Assembly (NCBI GenBank): GCA_043228905.1
Contig: JBHGNT010000021.1
Location: 4,402,001-4,466,000, forward strand
Source: Azolla caroliniana
Taxonomy: Eukaryota > Plantae > Polypodiophyta
Length of the DNA: 64,000 nt
Direction: 5' to 3'
Part shown: one piece after another, positions 11,914 through 25,715 of the stretch
Layout: every line of letters begins with the position of its first letter
Position numbering within the stretch: the first letter of the stretch is position 1
Position numbers and translations under genes: made by a program
The notes under the pieces: model-generated
Told to the model about the DNA's origin: nothing
The model's database searches: none
Seen by the model: only the letters and a program-made list of their open reading frames with translations

Positions 11914-14900
11914 GTCGTTCGTTGAGACATCAAGCTAAAACTCGAGGATATCCCCCTAAAGCTCTATTCGTGATCTTATCCTCTCCGTTTACCTTTATCT
12001 TCTTCCTATCCTTCTTCTATCTCTTGTTCTCACCATGTAACAGAGATGAGAATTATCTCGTCAGACATTCACTCTCTTAAACTTATTATTGCTTACAAAA
12101 TTTTAATATAGTACTTGTTTCATTATTTTCTGCAAATCCTTGTTCAAATATTTGGCATGAAGACTTCACCACAAGGATCGCCTTGGAATTTTTGGCTTGG
12201 AATTCCGAGCTTGGGACACAAAGTTACACAAAATTTGGCACAAAGCAGTGTAAAACAAGTCATATCAGAATTGTCTCACGGGCAAATTCATCATGTCAAT
12301 ACGAAGCCTTCTTCACGAGGATCATGTCAGATTTTTTGAATTTTAATTCTAACCTTTGAACGTGTAGTAGAATCCTTTCGTAAATTTTTCGGCGATGGGA
12401 ATTGAAAGCAATGTCCAGTCCACCAAATTGCACCTGATGGGAAGGGCGGGAAGCAATTTCCATAATTTAACCCCCTCTCCATGAGGCAGGGGTATTCTTG
12501 TTATTAAAGTAAACCCATTTTCATTTCCCCCCTCGAGGGTTAAGAAAAAAGGAAATAAATAAATAAAATTCAGCCATCGTCTTCTCTGCCGCCCTCCACT
12601 ATCCTCGTTGTTGCTAGCTTTCATCATCTCCATCTCTCACCGCCGCGGTCGATGACCTTCCACGATCGTTGTTGCATTGAGTTAAAATAATAATAAAATT
12701 AAAATAAAAGTATAAATATAATAAATAAATTAAGTAATAGAAAAACAATAACAAGTTTGGTCATATGCAATCAGAATGCCCAACACTAACTATTCAGCCA
12801 CTTGAAACCGCAATGTTGAAACCTACATCACTAAAAGAAAATAGTGAGGTTTCTTCTTCAAAGGCAACAAACCAATCTATGATGCAACCCATCCCGAAAC
12901 TAAGAGTATAAGACAAAGGGAAAAGTATAGTCCCGCAGACAATTGGTAATGTGCAATCAAACATGCACGATTTGAGACAAGCCTTTGATGTGGACAAAGA
13001 GAACACTGAAGGATGGCAAATATCTAATAAATCCTTTAGAAGCAAGACACGTGTGGTGGTGAGGAACTACACTCACGCACTTGAGAATCAAGGTTCATCT
13101 TAACAGGTTAATGCTTCAATGTTCTCTTCAATCTCAGAAGCCTGGAAAAGGGTGAGTAGAGGTTCATATGTGGACATTTACAAAGATGGATCAAATTCAG
13201 ATATTAGTCTTCAAGCAAATGACGGTGATACTAATATGCAATTAGATTAGTATTTTGCTTTGTTTTATATCTTCAACCATATTAATCATGCATAAACAAG
13301 TCAAATGTGTCTCCTTCAATATACAGGGTCTTTGTAACCCTAGTAAATGGAAACTATTTTGGAACTATATTACCTCTTCTCAAGTAGATGTAGTTTGTGT
13401 TCAAGAACATAAACAAGTTGAATTCAATGGTCAAGATGGTTCATTTGGAGGTTTTGACATCTTCTATGTAGGTCAAGGTACAACATCTAGAGTGCTTATG
13501 ATCATAAAACATGAGCTAAATCCTACGGTTGCCTATAATGATCAACGTGGGAGGTGGATGGTTGTGCAATGCATGATAAATGGTGAGACATATGATTTTG
13601 TTGGAATATATGCCCCGAAAGCCTCAAGGGACAGAGCTTTACTTTGGCAAGACATTTGTGCTTATCCATGGCCACGAAATACATTTATATGTGGAGATTT
13701 CAACAACTGTCCAAATGCAGGTGATAACACTAGTGAGCACTCACATATGTTGAGAGAGGAACAAGGTCAGTGGTATAATATGCAAAACCCATTGGATTGG
13801 GTTGATTTATGGCAAATGACACACCCACATGTTCCTGGTTTTACCTTTCATCACACCACCCACTCTGCATACTATGCAAGGCTTGATAGATGGTATTTGT
13901 TGCATGCTAGTTAGTATGAAAATTTCATATGTACAATGCATATAGATCATGCTTTGCAGTTGTCAAATCATGATCCTATCTGGCTAGACCTTCAATTTGG
14001 GAATCATTCCTATGAAGTGCATCTCCAAAGGAAGAGACTTATGCTCATTAACAACAGCTACCTCAAGCATGAAGTCTTCAAGAGGATGGTCCATGACATA
14101 ATACATCCTCTTTATGTAGAAGTCAACATAGATGTTGATATAGCGTGGGTACATTTTGTACATAGATTACAAACAATAATACAAGAGTATGGGAAGTGGT
14201 ATGTCTCAAGACAGAGAGATTACACTCAACAAGCCAAATTTACTTGTCAAGCCCTAACGGAGTTAGCACATAGAAGATCTTTGACTTTACATGAAGAGGA
14301 TGCATTGTGTATGGCCAAACACACATTGATGCTACATGACAAAAATAAATTGGAAAAATGGCAAGTTAGGTCAAGACAGTTTCCATTGAAAGACAAAGGA
14401 TGCTCTTCTAAATCCTTCTTCAAAAGGTTGCATCTAATACGCCAAAAGGAATCCATTAAATTCATCAAAACTGGTGATGGTTTGTGGACTACAAACCAAC
14501 TTGAACTAGCTAAGGAATGTGTAACTCACTTCTCTCACTCTTTGAGAACAATGTAGTTGTTACAGATGCACTTAAACAAGCCAAAGATACATTCTTGTCA
14601 CTAGTTCGACCAACTATTTGTGTTGATAAAGCTATTGCAACATTCACAATGGAGGAGCTTTTGGAGGCTCGAAAGGGCCTCGAGAAAGGCAAAGCACCTG
14701 GTTGGGATGGTATTACGTTAGAGTTCATTGCAGAATTTTGGGATGTCCTTAAGGATTTAATCCTATCTATGGCAAATAATGCTTGGCAACAATGGGATAT
14801 GCCGATCTCATGGAAAGAAGGTTTGGTCAAATTAATACCCAAAAAAAACTGTGTCAATCTTTTTTAGTTTGGCGACCAATCACTTTCATGCCAGTGATCT

Positions 14901-15759
14901 ATTAACTTATTGCAAAGATAATTGCTAATCGTATTAAGGGCACTTTCTTGGGAGGCATCCACATAAACCAGTACGGGTTCATTCCTCGATGGCAAATTAC
15001 AGATAATATTGCTAATGCCTATATTGAAATGGAGTATGCCAAATACACCAAACAAGATGTATTGCTCATACAAATTGACATTGAAAAGGCCTTTGACACC
15101 ATCCAATGGGATTTTGTGGCAACCACAATGGTCAAACTAGGATTTGGTCCGAAAATGTCTCAAGTAATCTATTGGCTTTATGGGTCTACCACATCTTCAT
15201 GCATTATTGAGGGTGAATTGACAGATTCATGGAGCTTAGCCAAATCAGTATGACAAGGTTGTCCTTTAAGTGCATTGTTGTATGCAATTGCAACTCATCC
15301 ACTACTATTGTACATGGATCATCAAGTATTAATTGGTCAACTTCACGGTTTGCAAATGAAAGACGAACATGATTTCGTCAGGCATATGGAGATGATACAT
15401 CATTCCTATCACAAAACAATCCAAATGATATAAGGGTGATTATGATTGCCCTCAAATTGTATGGATTAGCTATTGGATTGCATGTTAACTTCAACAAGTC
15501 CAAACTTCTACCCTTGACACCATATAGTTGGCATCAACTTTTGTGGCCAGGTCAAGTTGTTAGCCCAAATGAAATGGTTAGACATCTTAGCTATCCATTG
15601 GGATGGAATGCAACAAGGAAAAGAAAGGTTGAATGGGTTCTGCAAAAAGTGAGACAAAAGCTAAGCTATTGGAAGATTGCAACATAGCCGCTCCATGTCA
15701 TATTGCGGATACTACAATCTATATTCATGGCTTACATGCAGTAATTACTTATTTATGAT

Positions 15760-15979
15760 TGATTGTCCGAAACACATGATACAAAAGATTAACTCAGAAA
15801 TTATAAGCAGCTTTTGGTGCTCTAAGCAGTCGCATAGAGGTATACGGCTCCTATCACTAGAGAAGATATGATTGTCCGAAACACATGATACAAAAGATTA
15901 ACTCAGAAATTATAAGCAGCTTTTGGTGCTCTAAGCAGTCGCATAGAGGTATACGGCTCCTATCACTAGAGAAGATATG
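15760..15979. repeat. Tandem duplication, 2 x 109 bp, inside LINE ORF2
   Basis: TGATTGTCCGAAACAC... is repeated at an offset of 109 bp. Confidence 0.9.
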
Positions 15980-16841
15980 CACTCCACGATTGAGTGGAGG
16001 GCTAAATATTCTTAATTTGCATTTGCATATGTTGGCTAGAAAAGCTACTGTATTGCCAAAATCTGCTGAACAAACATTGCCTTGGGCAAGAATGCTATCT
16101 GATATGTTTGATCATTTGAAAACCAAGTCATTTAGCTCATGGGATACTAATCATTGGGATGTAGTGTTTGGAAAGCTTGATGGGCACATCAAAGGATGTC
16201 TGTTTAGCCCAAAGCTTCTAAAGCACTAGAAGGAAGTATTGCACCACATAAAATGGAGTAGTAGGAATTCAGAATCAAGGAACTCTTTACGCCTTGAAAG
16301 CTTACCCTGGAGTGCTATATTCCCACAGTCACTAGCTAAACCCTAAACCCTAAACCAAGGTCACTTATTGCACTTCAATGACATGACAAGTCGTTATAGT
16401 CTTGGGCCACATCATCGTGTTATTTGGAATCAAGTCACAGAGTTGGTACTTTCCTTAGTACTTGTGCCACCTCTTGATGGAGATCGCAAGATTCAGGATT
16501 CGATGTTACAAAAAGGGAACATTGTTATTCCAATGCATAACATTTGTAACAACACATTCAGTGTATATGTTGTTGCAACTTGTCCCATGGTTTCACGAAC
16601 ATGCAAATGCATTATGGAACCTACACAAAACGTAGTCCTGGTGGAAAAACAGGCTTACAAGCTTATGGAGCTCTGGTCTTCCACTTCAACAATGGGTATT
16701 CCTATGGAGATGCCTATTGGGTGTGCTCCCGACTGGGTCGAATCTTCAAACGAGATCAATAGCCTCACCGCATTGTGCAAGATGTGGTGAACGATTGGAA
16801 ACGGTCCCACACTTATTATGGACTTGCTACTACAACATTTG

Positions 16842-19800
16842 TGTTGAGAAACAAGCTCAACTTGGTCTAGTGTGTGAACTCACCTTGAGAGTGAATAGAC
16901 ACTCCAACGGTCAAGAGTCACCATTAAGTCACCTCTTTGTATTCTAGCATTTAGTACGAGTCATAGAATCATATTCTATGACACATAACTTATGAGCTTT
17001 CACATTCCCCATGCTCCATGAGCCTTGTAGTTAATGAAGAGAGAGGGTGACTATATAAAGCACCCTCCTCCCACCTTGTATTGTGTTAAGTCTTTCTCCT
17101 TTGTTAATACAATCTATCTTGCGTATACTGTGTGTCTTACTCCTTGTCTCACTCACTCACTCACTCTCTCTCTCTCTCTCATACACACACATAGTTCACA
17201 CCTATTCCGCTTCACAAGAATCCATATCTGATTCTTTACATGGTATCAGAGCGATTTGGTAGCTCGATCTAGCCCATTCGCCTCATCGTGATTGTGTGTT
17301 GTGCTCCACACCGACGACCAAGAACCGGCTCATCGCTATCGTAGCTTCGCTACATAGCTCGCATTCGAAGAGAGAAGAAGAAGAAGAAGAATCGACATAA
17401 TGAATACTCAAATGGGGAACGCTCTCCCTACCGAGAAGTTGGATCAAAACAACTTCGCATCTTGGGAGTACAAGATGCACCAATACCTTGTCGGACAAGG
17501 CTATTGGAGCTACATCAAAGGAGCGCATGAAGACCGACCCGCCGAAGCGGCTCTCGGATACGCGACATGGGAGCAAGCTGCAAGCCGCGTGATGTACTGC
17601 TTGGCGACATGTGTTCATGATCACATGCTCGGCTACATTCGCAAAGCCAAGACGCCGAAGGAAGCGTGGGAAAATCTACAAAAGATTTTTGTCGCCAACA
17701 CGACCGCGAGGAAGCTTCAACTCCGCCAAGAGTTGAACAACATTCAACAAAGGGACCTGTCCATCACGACATACACCTTAAAGATCAAGGAGCTTTGCGA
17801 CTCGCTCGGCTCAATAAGCATAAGTATAGATGATGATGAGATGGTGCAAATATGCCTCGGCGGCCTCGCACCACGGTTCGGCGCGATGCGAACCGCCGTT
17901 CTAGCACGGGAGAAATCTCCCTCCTTCTTCGAGCTCCAATCAATGCTATTGGTCGAAGAAAACCACGTGCGTACAAGGAGCAATGAGTCGGAAGGCCACA
18001 TGCTCTACGCGCACTCGAACGGAGGAAGAGGACGCGGACGAGCGAGAGGCCGATTCGGACAAGGACAAGGCGGACGAGGTTCGATCTACGACAACAACTC
18101 CCAATTTCGGCCGCAAAACGGAGGCCAACGAGGAACCTTCGCAAGGGGGAGCTTTCACTCCGGCCCAAGCCGTCAAAACGCAACCCAATGCGGATATTGC
18201 GGAATGTATGGGCACAACTCCGACTACGAAGATCGTGGTGGAATATACGCACACAACTCCGACCATGGCGGATTAATCATGATGAAACATAGAGCAAACT
18301 CTATGTCGGCCTCTACCTCAACTAATGCCTCAAGTTTGGAAGATGTATGGTTCGTCGATTCCGGTGCCTCGAACCATATGACATCGCATCAAGAATGGTT
18401 CCTAGAACTTCGAGAGCCGGACCGACCCGGCTATGTCGAAACCGGAGACGACACTACGCACCCGATTCAGCACATCGACAATGTTCCGTTCGGAAAAGAA
18501 GGTAAGCAAAATTACATTAAAAATGTCTTGCATGTACCGACCATTACGAAGAATTTGGTCTCCGTAGGCCAAATTGTAGAGCAAGGGGGGATGCAAGTTC
18601 GATTTAATCAAGGCGATTGCCTCATCGAAAAAGAGGGCCGACTCATCGCACGCAGACGAAGAGAGGGCGGAATTTTCATTCTCGACTCACACGAGATGAA
18701 ATTAGCCATGTTCGCAAAGGGCATGAAAGCCGACTCCGACATAGAGCTATGGCACAAGAGAATTGGCCACATTAATCTCAACAAACTCAAAGCAATGAAA
18801 TGGAAAGGAATCGTCATTGGACTCCCGACATTCAAAGAGAAGGAGATTGAAGGTGTATGCGAAGCGTGCCAATTTGACAAGCAACACCGACACCCATTCC
18901 CGAAAGAGCGGAATGTGAACAAAGGTCTACTCGACGTAGTCCATTCCGACGTATGGGGAACGGCGCAGACGACTACATTCGGTGGATGCCGATATTACGT
19001 GCTCTTCATCGACGACTTCTCCAGGCACACTTGGATCTATCCGATGTGGCAAAAGAGCGAAGTGTTCGAACACTTCCAAAATTTCAAGAATGAAGTTGAG
19101 AAAGCCACGGGCCAACATGTACGATGTCTCCGATCGGATGGCGGCAAGGAGTACTTCTCGGACGATTTCACGGCATATCTCTGAAAGGAAGGAATTCTGC
19201 GAGAATTCACTTGTCGACACACTCCGCAACAAAATGGAGTAGCCGATCGCAAAAATCGGCACATCCTCGAAGTAGCGCGGGCCATGATGAACGAGAAGCA
19301 TATGCCCAAGTCATATTGGGCCGAAGCTGCAAATACGACCGTCTACCTAATGAACCGGTGCACAACATCCGGCATGCACGAGGTCACTCCTCACGAAAAA
19401 TACTTCGGAAAGAAGCCGGACTTATCGCACACCCGGATATTCAGCGCGATAGCGTACGTGCACATCCCCGACGAGAAGCGTCAAAAGCTTGACCCAAAGT
19501 TGGAGAAATGTATCCTCGTAGGATACTCATTGGAGCAAAAGGGGTACAAGTGCTACAACCCTTCAACTCGAAAATCTCGAGTAAGTCGAGACGTCGTTTT
19601 TGACGAGTCCTCATCCTGGTACGCACTAGAGACGACTCCGACTCCGACTCCGCTCGACCCGGAATTCGCCAAACAAGAGATAGAGGATGAAGATCGCCTT
19701 ACGCGCATGATCGAAGAAAGTCCGATCACGACCCGACTGAGCGGACCACAAGAGCCCTTGAGCGATCATAGCACATCACGGCCTTGCCCGAAGATGGACA

Positions 19801-22269
19801 AAGGCAAGGCAAAAATGTCGGAATACGAAGACGGTCGCTTTAACGACGATGAGTCGACTCACTCACTCGACAGTGAGTTCGGCGGTTTCGAGGGACCAAT
19901 CGGAGCTAAGAAAGCCCTCATCTCTGCAAATGAAAAGCTCCGTCGCTCCACCCGTGAAAAGAATCCGGTTAACCGATTCAGCTACAATGACTACATGGCA
20001 TATCATTATGCCTTTATGATGAAGGTGGCGACAGTACGCGAGCCGGAAACATTCTCCGAAGCAGCCAAGGATCCGCGATGGATCGAAGCCATGAATGAGG
20101 AGATGCAGGCACTACGCAAGAACGAGATGTGGGATCTCGTTCCCATCTCACCACACAAAAAGGCGATTGGATGTGCCAGATGGATTTACAAAGTGAAGTA
20201 CAACGCCGACGGCTCCGTCAACCGCTACAAAGCGCGACTCGTAGCGAAAGGCTACGCCCAAACGCACGGAGTTGACTGCAAGGAGACCTTTGCCCCGGTG
20301 GCAAAGATGACAATGGTGCGGACCGTAATTTCGCTTGTCGCGGCGAAAGGGTGGCACCTCCATCAAATGGACGTCAAGAATGCCGTTCTACAAGGCGAAT
20401 TAGAAGAGGAGGTGTACATGATACAACCACCCGGTTTCGAATCACACATTCATCCGAAAGCTGTGTGCCAACTCAAGAAGCCACTCTACGGCCTCAAGCA
20501 AGCACCGCGTGCTTGGCATTCGAAGATAACACAGTATCTTCATCAAATCGGCTTCCGTATGTCAAAGTCGAACAACTCCCTCTACATGCGAAGCGATTCT
20601 ACAAGTCCGATCATCATCATTTTATATGTGGATGACCTAGTCATTGGAGGTGAGCATCTCGTCGAAATCAATAAGGTCAAATCCCTCCTTTCCGACAAGT
20701 TCGAGATGACAGACATGAAGGAGCTCCACTACTTCCTCGGCATCGAGGTAATTCGGACTCCGGCCGGAATCATGATCTTTCAATGGCACTACATCCTCAA
20801 CTTGTTATACAAGTTCGGTATGGCTGAGTGCAAATCCACAGCAACTCCGCTCGATCGCAATCTCAAACTAGATGCGAACTCCGGCACCAAAGCGTGTGAG
20901 CCGACTCAGTATCGGCAACTCAACGAGAGTCTTATCTACCTCACGATCACACGACCCGATCTTAGTTATCCGGTCGGTCTCCTTAGCCAATTCATGCAAA
21001 CACTGTGTGATACTCACTTGGATTGCGCTAAGCGAGTTCTACGATATGTGAGCGGAACAATGGATAGCGGCATCCTCTACAAGACCGCGATGCCAATACG
21101 CCTCGAGGGGTACACAGACGCCGATTGGGCCGGCTACAAAGCCGATAGGAGATCAGCCTCCAGATTTGTTTTCTCCCTCGGCAGTGGAGCAATATCTTGG
21201 AGTAGCAAGAAGCAGCCTACCTTCGCTCTTTCGAGTATGGAGGCGGAATATAGGGGCACAGTCGTAGCTGCGTGTGAAGCCGTATGGCTCAAGAGGATTT
21301 GAAGGATCTGGGCGTACCCATCAAGGATCCAACTTCCCTTTATTGCGACAACATGAGCAGTATCTATCTGGCTCGGAACCCGGTGTTCCATGCACGGACA
21401 AAGCACATCGAAGTGCACTATCACTTCATCCGAGAGCGCGTTCTAGCTGGCGATGTCGACCTATAACACATTAGCACAAATCTTCAAACGACTGACATCT
21501 CACTAAAGCCTTAGGAGCCGACAAGCTGTGGCAATTCATGACCGATCTCGGATTGATGATCCCTGACCTGCCAAGCTTGAGGGGGAGTACTGAAGACATT
21601 ACGCAATAACGCGTGGATTCTGCAAGCCGTGCACACTATGCAAGAATGCATGGATTACGCAACCACGCAACAAAGCCGCGAAGAGCCGATCTACCACGCA
21701 AAGCCGCAAAGAAAGACGCAAGCCGAAGCACAGACTTCGCAACTACGCACAACGCAAGCTGGAGCACGGATTCCGCAACTCCGCATAAAGCGAGTCGACA
21801 CAGACTCCGGAACGCGAGTCGAAGCGGATTTCGGATACCGTCTGAAACCGACCCGACGAGCTTGAGGGGCATGTTGAGAATCAAGCTCAACTTGGTCTAG
21901 TGTGTGAACTCACCTTGAGAGTGAATAGACACTCCAACGGTCAAGAGTCACCATTAAGTCACCTCTTTGTATTCTAGCATTTAGTATGAGTCATAGAATC
22001 ATATTCAGATATGACACATGACTTATGAGCTTTCACATTCCCCATGCTCCATGAGCCTTGTAGTTAATGAAGAGAGAGGGGGACTATATAAAGCACCCTC
22101 CTCCCACCTTGTATTGTGTTAAGTCTTTCTCCTTTGTTAATACAATCTATCTTGCGTATACTGTGTGTCTTACTCTTTGTCTCTCTCACTCACTCTCTCT
22201 CTCTCTCTCATACACACACATAGTTCACACCTATTCCGCTTCACAAGAATCCATATCCGATTCTTTACA
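16842..22269 (+). mobile_element. Full-length Ty1/Copia LTR retrotransposon (family A); LTRs 16842-17240 and 21872-22269
   Basis: TG...CA LTRs of about 399 bp; ATTTG TSD (16837-16841 and 22270-22274); PBS TGGTATCAGAGC (tRNA-iMet) at 17241; PPT AGCTTGAGGGGCA. Confidence 0.97.
17400..21590 (+). pseudogene. Copia gag-pol (gag, protease, integrase, RT, RNase H) broken by frameshifts
   Basis: WFVDSGAS, HSDVWG, RSDGGKEY, YVDD, YTDADWAG, HARTKHIEV. Frameshifts near 19184, 21300 and 21500; the zinc knuckle is truncated (CGYCGMYGH|NSD). Confidence 0.92.
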
Positions 22270-25200
22270 ATTTGTACAAAGACTAAATGCATCTCTTTAT
22301 CACAGATTTCTTGGCCAAAGGTTTGACAAACACTTTTGGATATTTGGACAAATTCCGTGTGCTCTATCCAACAATGCCTATTTTCTCCAATGGACACGAT
22401 TTTGGGCACTCTGGACCATTTGGACAACCCGCAAGAATAAGGTCTTTGATGGAAACCTACTGCATGAAGTTAGCTTCTTTAAGCAATCTCTCACGCCATC
22501 TCTATTTGATTGTCTGCAACTTAGAGACATCACACTACAAATTTACAATCTTTACTTTGAGTGCTTTTAAGCTCTTTAGTGTCTAATCGACACTTGTATA
22601 TTTTTCTTTATTCTTTGTGGGTTTTCACCTCACTTTGAGGTTTTCCACTAGTAATAAAAGTGTTTAGGGTTTAGGGATAGAAAAACAAAACAAAACAAAA
22701 TAACTATATAATAAAAACATTATTATTACTATTGTGATGTACACTCTTAAAGTCTAATTTCCCTCTACCTCTAGCCTCTTGGTAGGCTTGTCTATTTATA
22801 ATGTTTCCAACCGCTTGTTGGTTCGACCCTCAGTTAGTTACATTGTTTCTTGGTTCTTCTTGGGACCAAACTTTATGGTTTGGTCCCACAGATGACACCT
22901 CCCCATTTTAGAAAAATTGCATATTCGGGATTTTTACTTTTTTGCCCAAAGGATTCAAAGTTTATTGTGTGTTGAGGGCTATTGACTATGAAGGGTATGA
23001 AGCCACTGTGTAACGACTATGGGGGATGTTGATTGTTGTACCGTGGATGGTGCGACGACCGTGGGCGGTTGTTGGCTACTACAGAGTGGAGAGAGCTTCC
23101 GTGCATCGACCGTGGAGTCATCGAGGTGTGGTGATTGGTGCAATGGTCCCGTGATGTCCTCGTTAGTGACGTTGGGGTGGAGGTTCTCAGCCGGGGAAGG
23201 TATCGACTTGGCACAAATGGTATGTGTTCGAGCCGATGCACGCTATAATTTTGTATGGACCTAACCATCTATGCAGGAATGATTCATAGACACCCTTTTT
23301 CCGAACATGGTAATAGACTCTGACATATTCGCTGATGTTGAGCACAGCCACCATGATGTGGCATCGCTATGGTGTGGGTTGATGTTGACAGTATGTGGAT
23401 CTAGTGGGAGATGAGGATCTCGGCCATACAATGCCCTGAATGAAATCACCTTGGTGGAATCTTGCACTGAGTTGTTGTATGCGTGCACAACGAACGACAG
23501 TACTTGATCCCATGATTGGTGTAAAGGATCAACATAAGTTGTGATTAGATTCTGTTTAATGGTTTTGTTCATTCGCTCTGTGAGACCGTTAGTCCGGGGA
23601 TGATATGGCAATGCAAACAATTGCTTTATTCCCAAACTCTGTGTGAGAACTTGCATCACTTCACTTCGGAACTATGATCCTTGATCTGAAAGAATTTGGT
23701 GAGGGCATCCGTGAGGAAAATCACCCATTGTAGAAGGGCATTGGCTACCGTATTTGTTGTTGCATTAAGTAAAGCAACAACTTCGCACCAACGTGTTAGG
23801 TATTCTGTAATTGCCAAAATAGATTTGTTTCCTTGTATTGATGTTGGAAACGGGCCCATGAGGTTCCATCCCACCATCTCAAAAGGTTCCTTGACCTCAA
23901 TGGGTGTCAAGGCACCGTATGTGGACTGTGGGTTTTTTGCGGCATGACATGTCGGACATGCTTGTAGGAATGTGGAGATAGGCTTTCTCAATTTCGGCAA
24001 TAATACATAGAATGAATGTGACGGAGGAGCTTATGGAAAGTGAAATGGCCTATCAACTGATGATTATGATATAATTCAAGGTAAGTTGCTCATAATGCTT
24101 CTGGTAAATATAGTCATGGAGGGAGGCCCTAACTAACAAAATGGACCATGTTTTCAATTAAAACAAAGTGACGATATACCTATTTGTCATGATCGTTCTG
24201 TATTAGTAGGATGAGATCCTTAATCACAGGGTCCTGTTGTTGCATTTGTGCTATTTGTTGTGTTTGAAGTGGGAGGTCGATGGCATCTTGTGCCTATTGT
24301 GTGGCGTGGTACTCCGTCCGAGATAAGGCATCAACAACTGTGTTTGATGCTCCTCTGCGATAAATCATTGTAAATCTGTATTCTTGCAAAGTGAGTGCCC
24401 ATCGTGGCAGTCTTCCCGGTGAGTGAGTTTTCTGTATGAGTGATACCAATGGTTGGTGATCCGTTTCTACTTGGACTAATGTTCCAACAGGTAGGGGTGA
24501 AACTTTTGGAATGCCCAAACAATTGCCAAGAACTCTTTTTCTGTTGTAGAGTAGGTCTGTTCTGATTTTGTCAATGCTCTATTGATGTAAGCAATCGGCC
24601 GCTAGTCGTCATTGTCATCCTGTTGCAGGAGTACGACACCGTTTCAATAATTGGAAGCATCTGTCTGGAAACGGGAGACTGTGCTAAAGTCTGGGAATGC
24701 CAAGGTTCTTGTAGTAGTGATTAATTGTTTGATGTTCTCAAAACTTTGTGCACAATTTTCCGACCAATGATATTTGGACCCTTTTTTCAATAGTAATCTT
24801 AAGGGAGCCGTGACTATAGCTAAGTTAGGAATAAACCATAGTGAAAACTTCACGAGGCCGAGGAAGCTTTGTAAGGACTTGATGTTGCTTGGCGTTGGAT
24901 AGTATACAATGGCTCGTATCTTAGTAGGGTCAAGTTGGATGCCATTTGAAGATATCATGAATCCTAAAAATCGTAATTCTATTGCCCCCCATTTGCACTT
25001 CTTAAACTGTGGTTGTGGGTTATATTGTTGTATGCGTAAGAGGACTTCTTGTAGCACTTGAATATGTTGTGACCACTCAACAATGTGGTTCAATATATCG
25101 TCGAGATAGACTAGTATGACTCCTTTATGGATTAGGTCCTGAAAAATGGTGTTAATTTGCCTACATCTGATAATCCAAAGGGCATCTTCTTGAATTGGTA

Positions 25201-25296
25201 TAAGCCATGTTATTTGTCTTGTGTTTATCTTCAAGTCACAAGGGTATTTGCCAGTATCCTGAAGAAAGATCTAATGATGTAAAGTATCTTGACTTA

Positions 25297-25715
25297 TGTT
25301 GAGCGAGCAAGCTCAACCTGATCTAGATCGGCTGAGTAAGCCAGAGACGGATCGGTGTCCGGAACGAAGAGCCAGATCAGTGTTTGGATGTGAGTCTAAC
25401 TAGTAGGCCGTTAGAGTCCTACGATCCTAGCCCAGTACATAGGCATATTTTTCGGAGTTAGTGTCAGCCACTCGGTATGAGCATTGAAGTACTTGTCATT
25501 ACTGTCAGTCCTTTAAGGACTTGTATAAAATTGCTCTATGAGCACATTGTATGCACAAAGTGTTCATTATTTTTGAAATAAAGTCTACTGTTCTGCTCTC
25601 TCTGTCTCTCCCACTTAATGTATATTCTCAAGCTTCCATTAAACCTTCAATTCTATTTTTCTGTTGCTATCCGGCTGAGCCGGTTGTGTCTACGCTTCCT
25701 CACATTAGCTTTACA
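25297..25715 (+). mobile_element. Solo LTR (419 bp, Copia-type) inserted in the Gypsy RT
   Basis: TGTTGAG...TTACA with a perfect ACTTA TSD; it shares the ATGAGCATTGAAGTACT...GGACTTGTATAAAA block with the 27630 LTR. Confidence 0.92.

Larger units (their letters stand above)
12780..22700 (+). mobile_element. Degenerate L1-clade LINE (APE endonuclease, RT, C-terminal zinc-binding region), interrupted by a Copia; 5' boundary approximate
   Basis: Motifs SFNIQGL, VCVQEHK, GIYAP, CGDFN, RLDRW, SNHDPI, KAPGWDG, DIEKAFD, QGCPLS and CARCGERLETVPHLLWTC, broken by stops and frameshifts. The element resumes after 22274 and ends at AATAAA plus an A-rich tail near 22653-22700. Confidence 0.9.
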
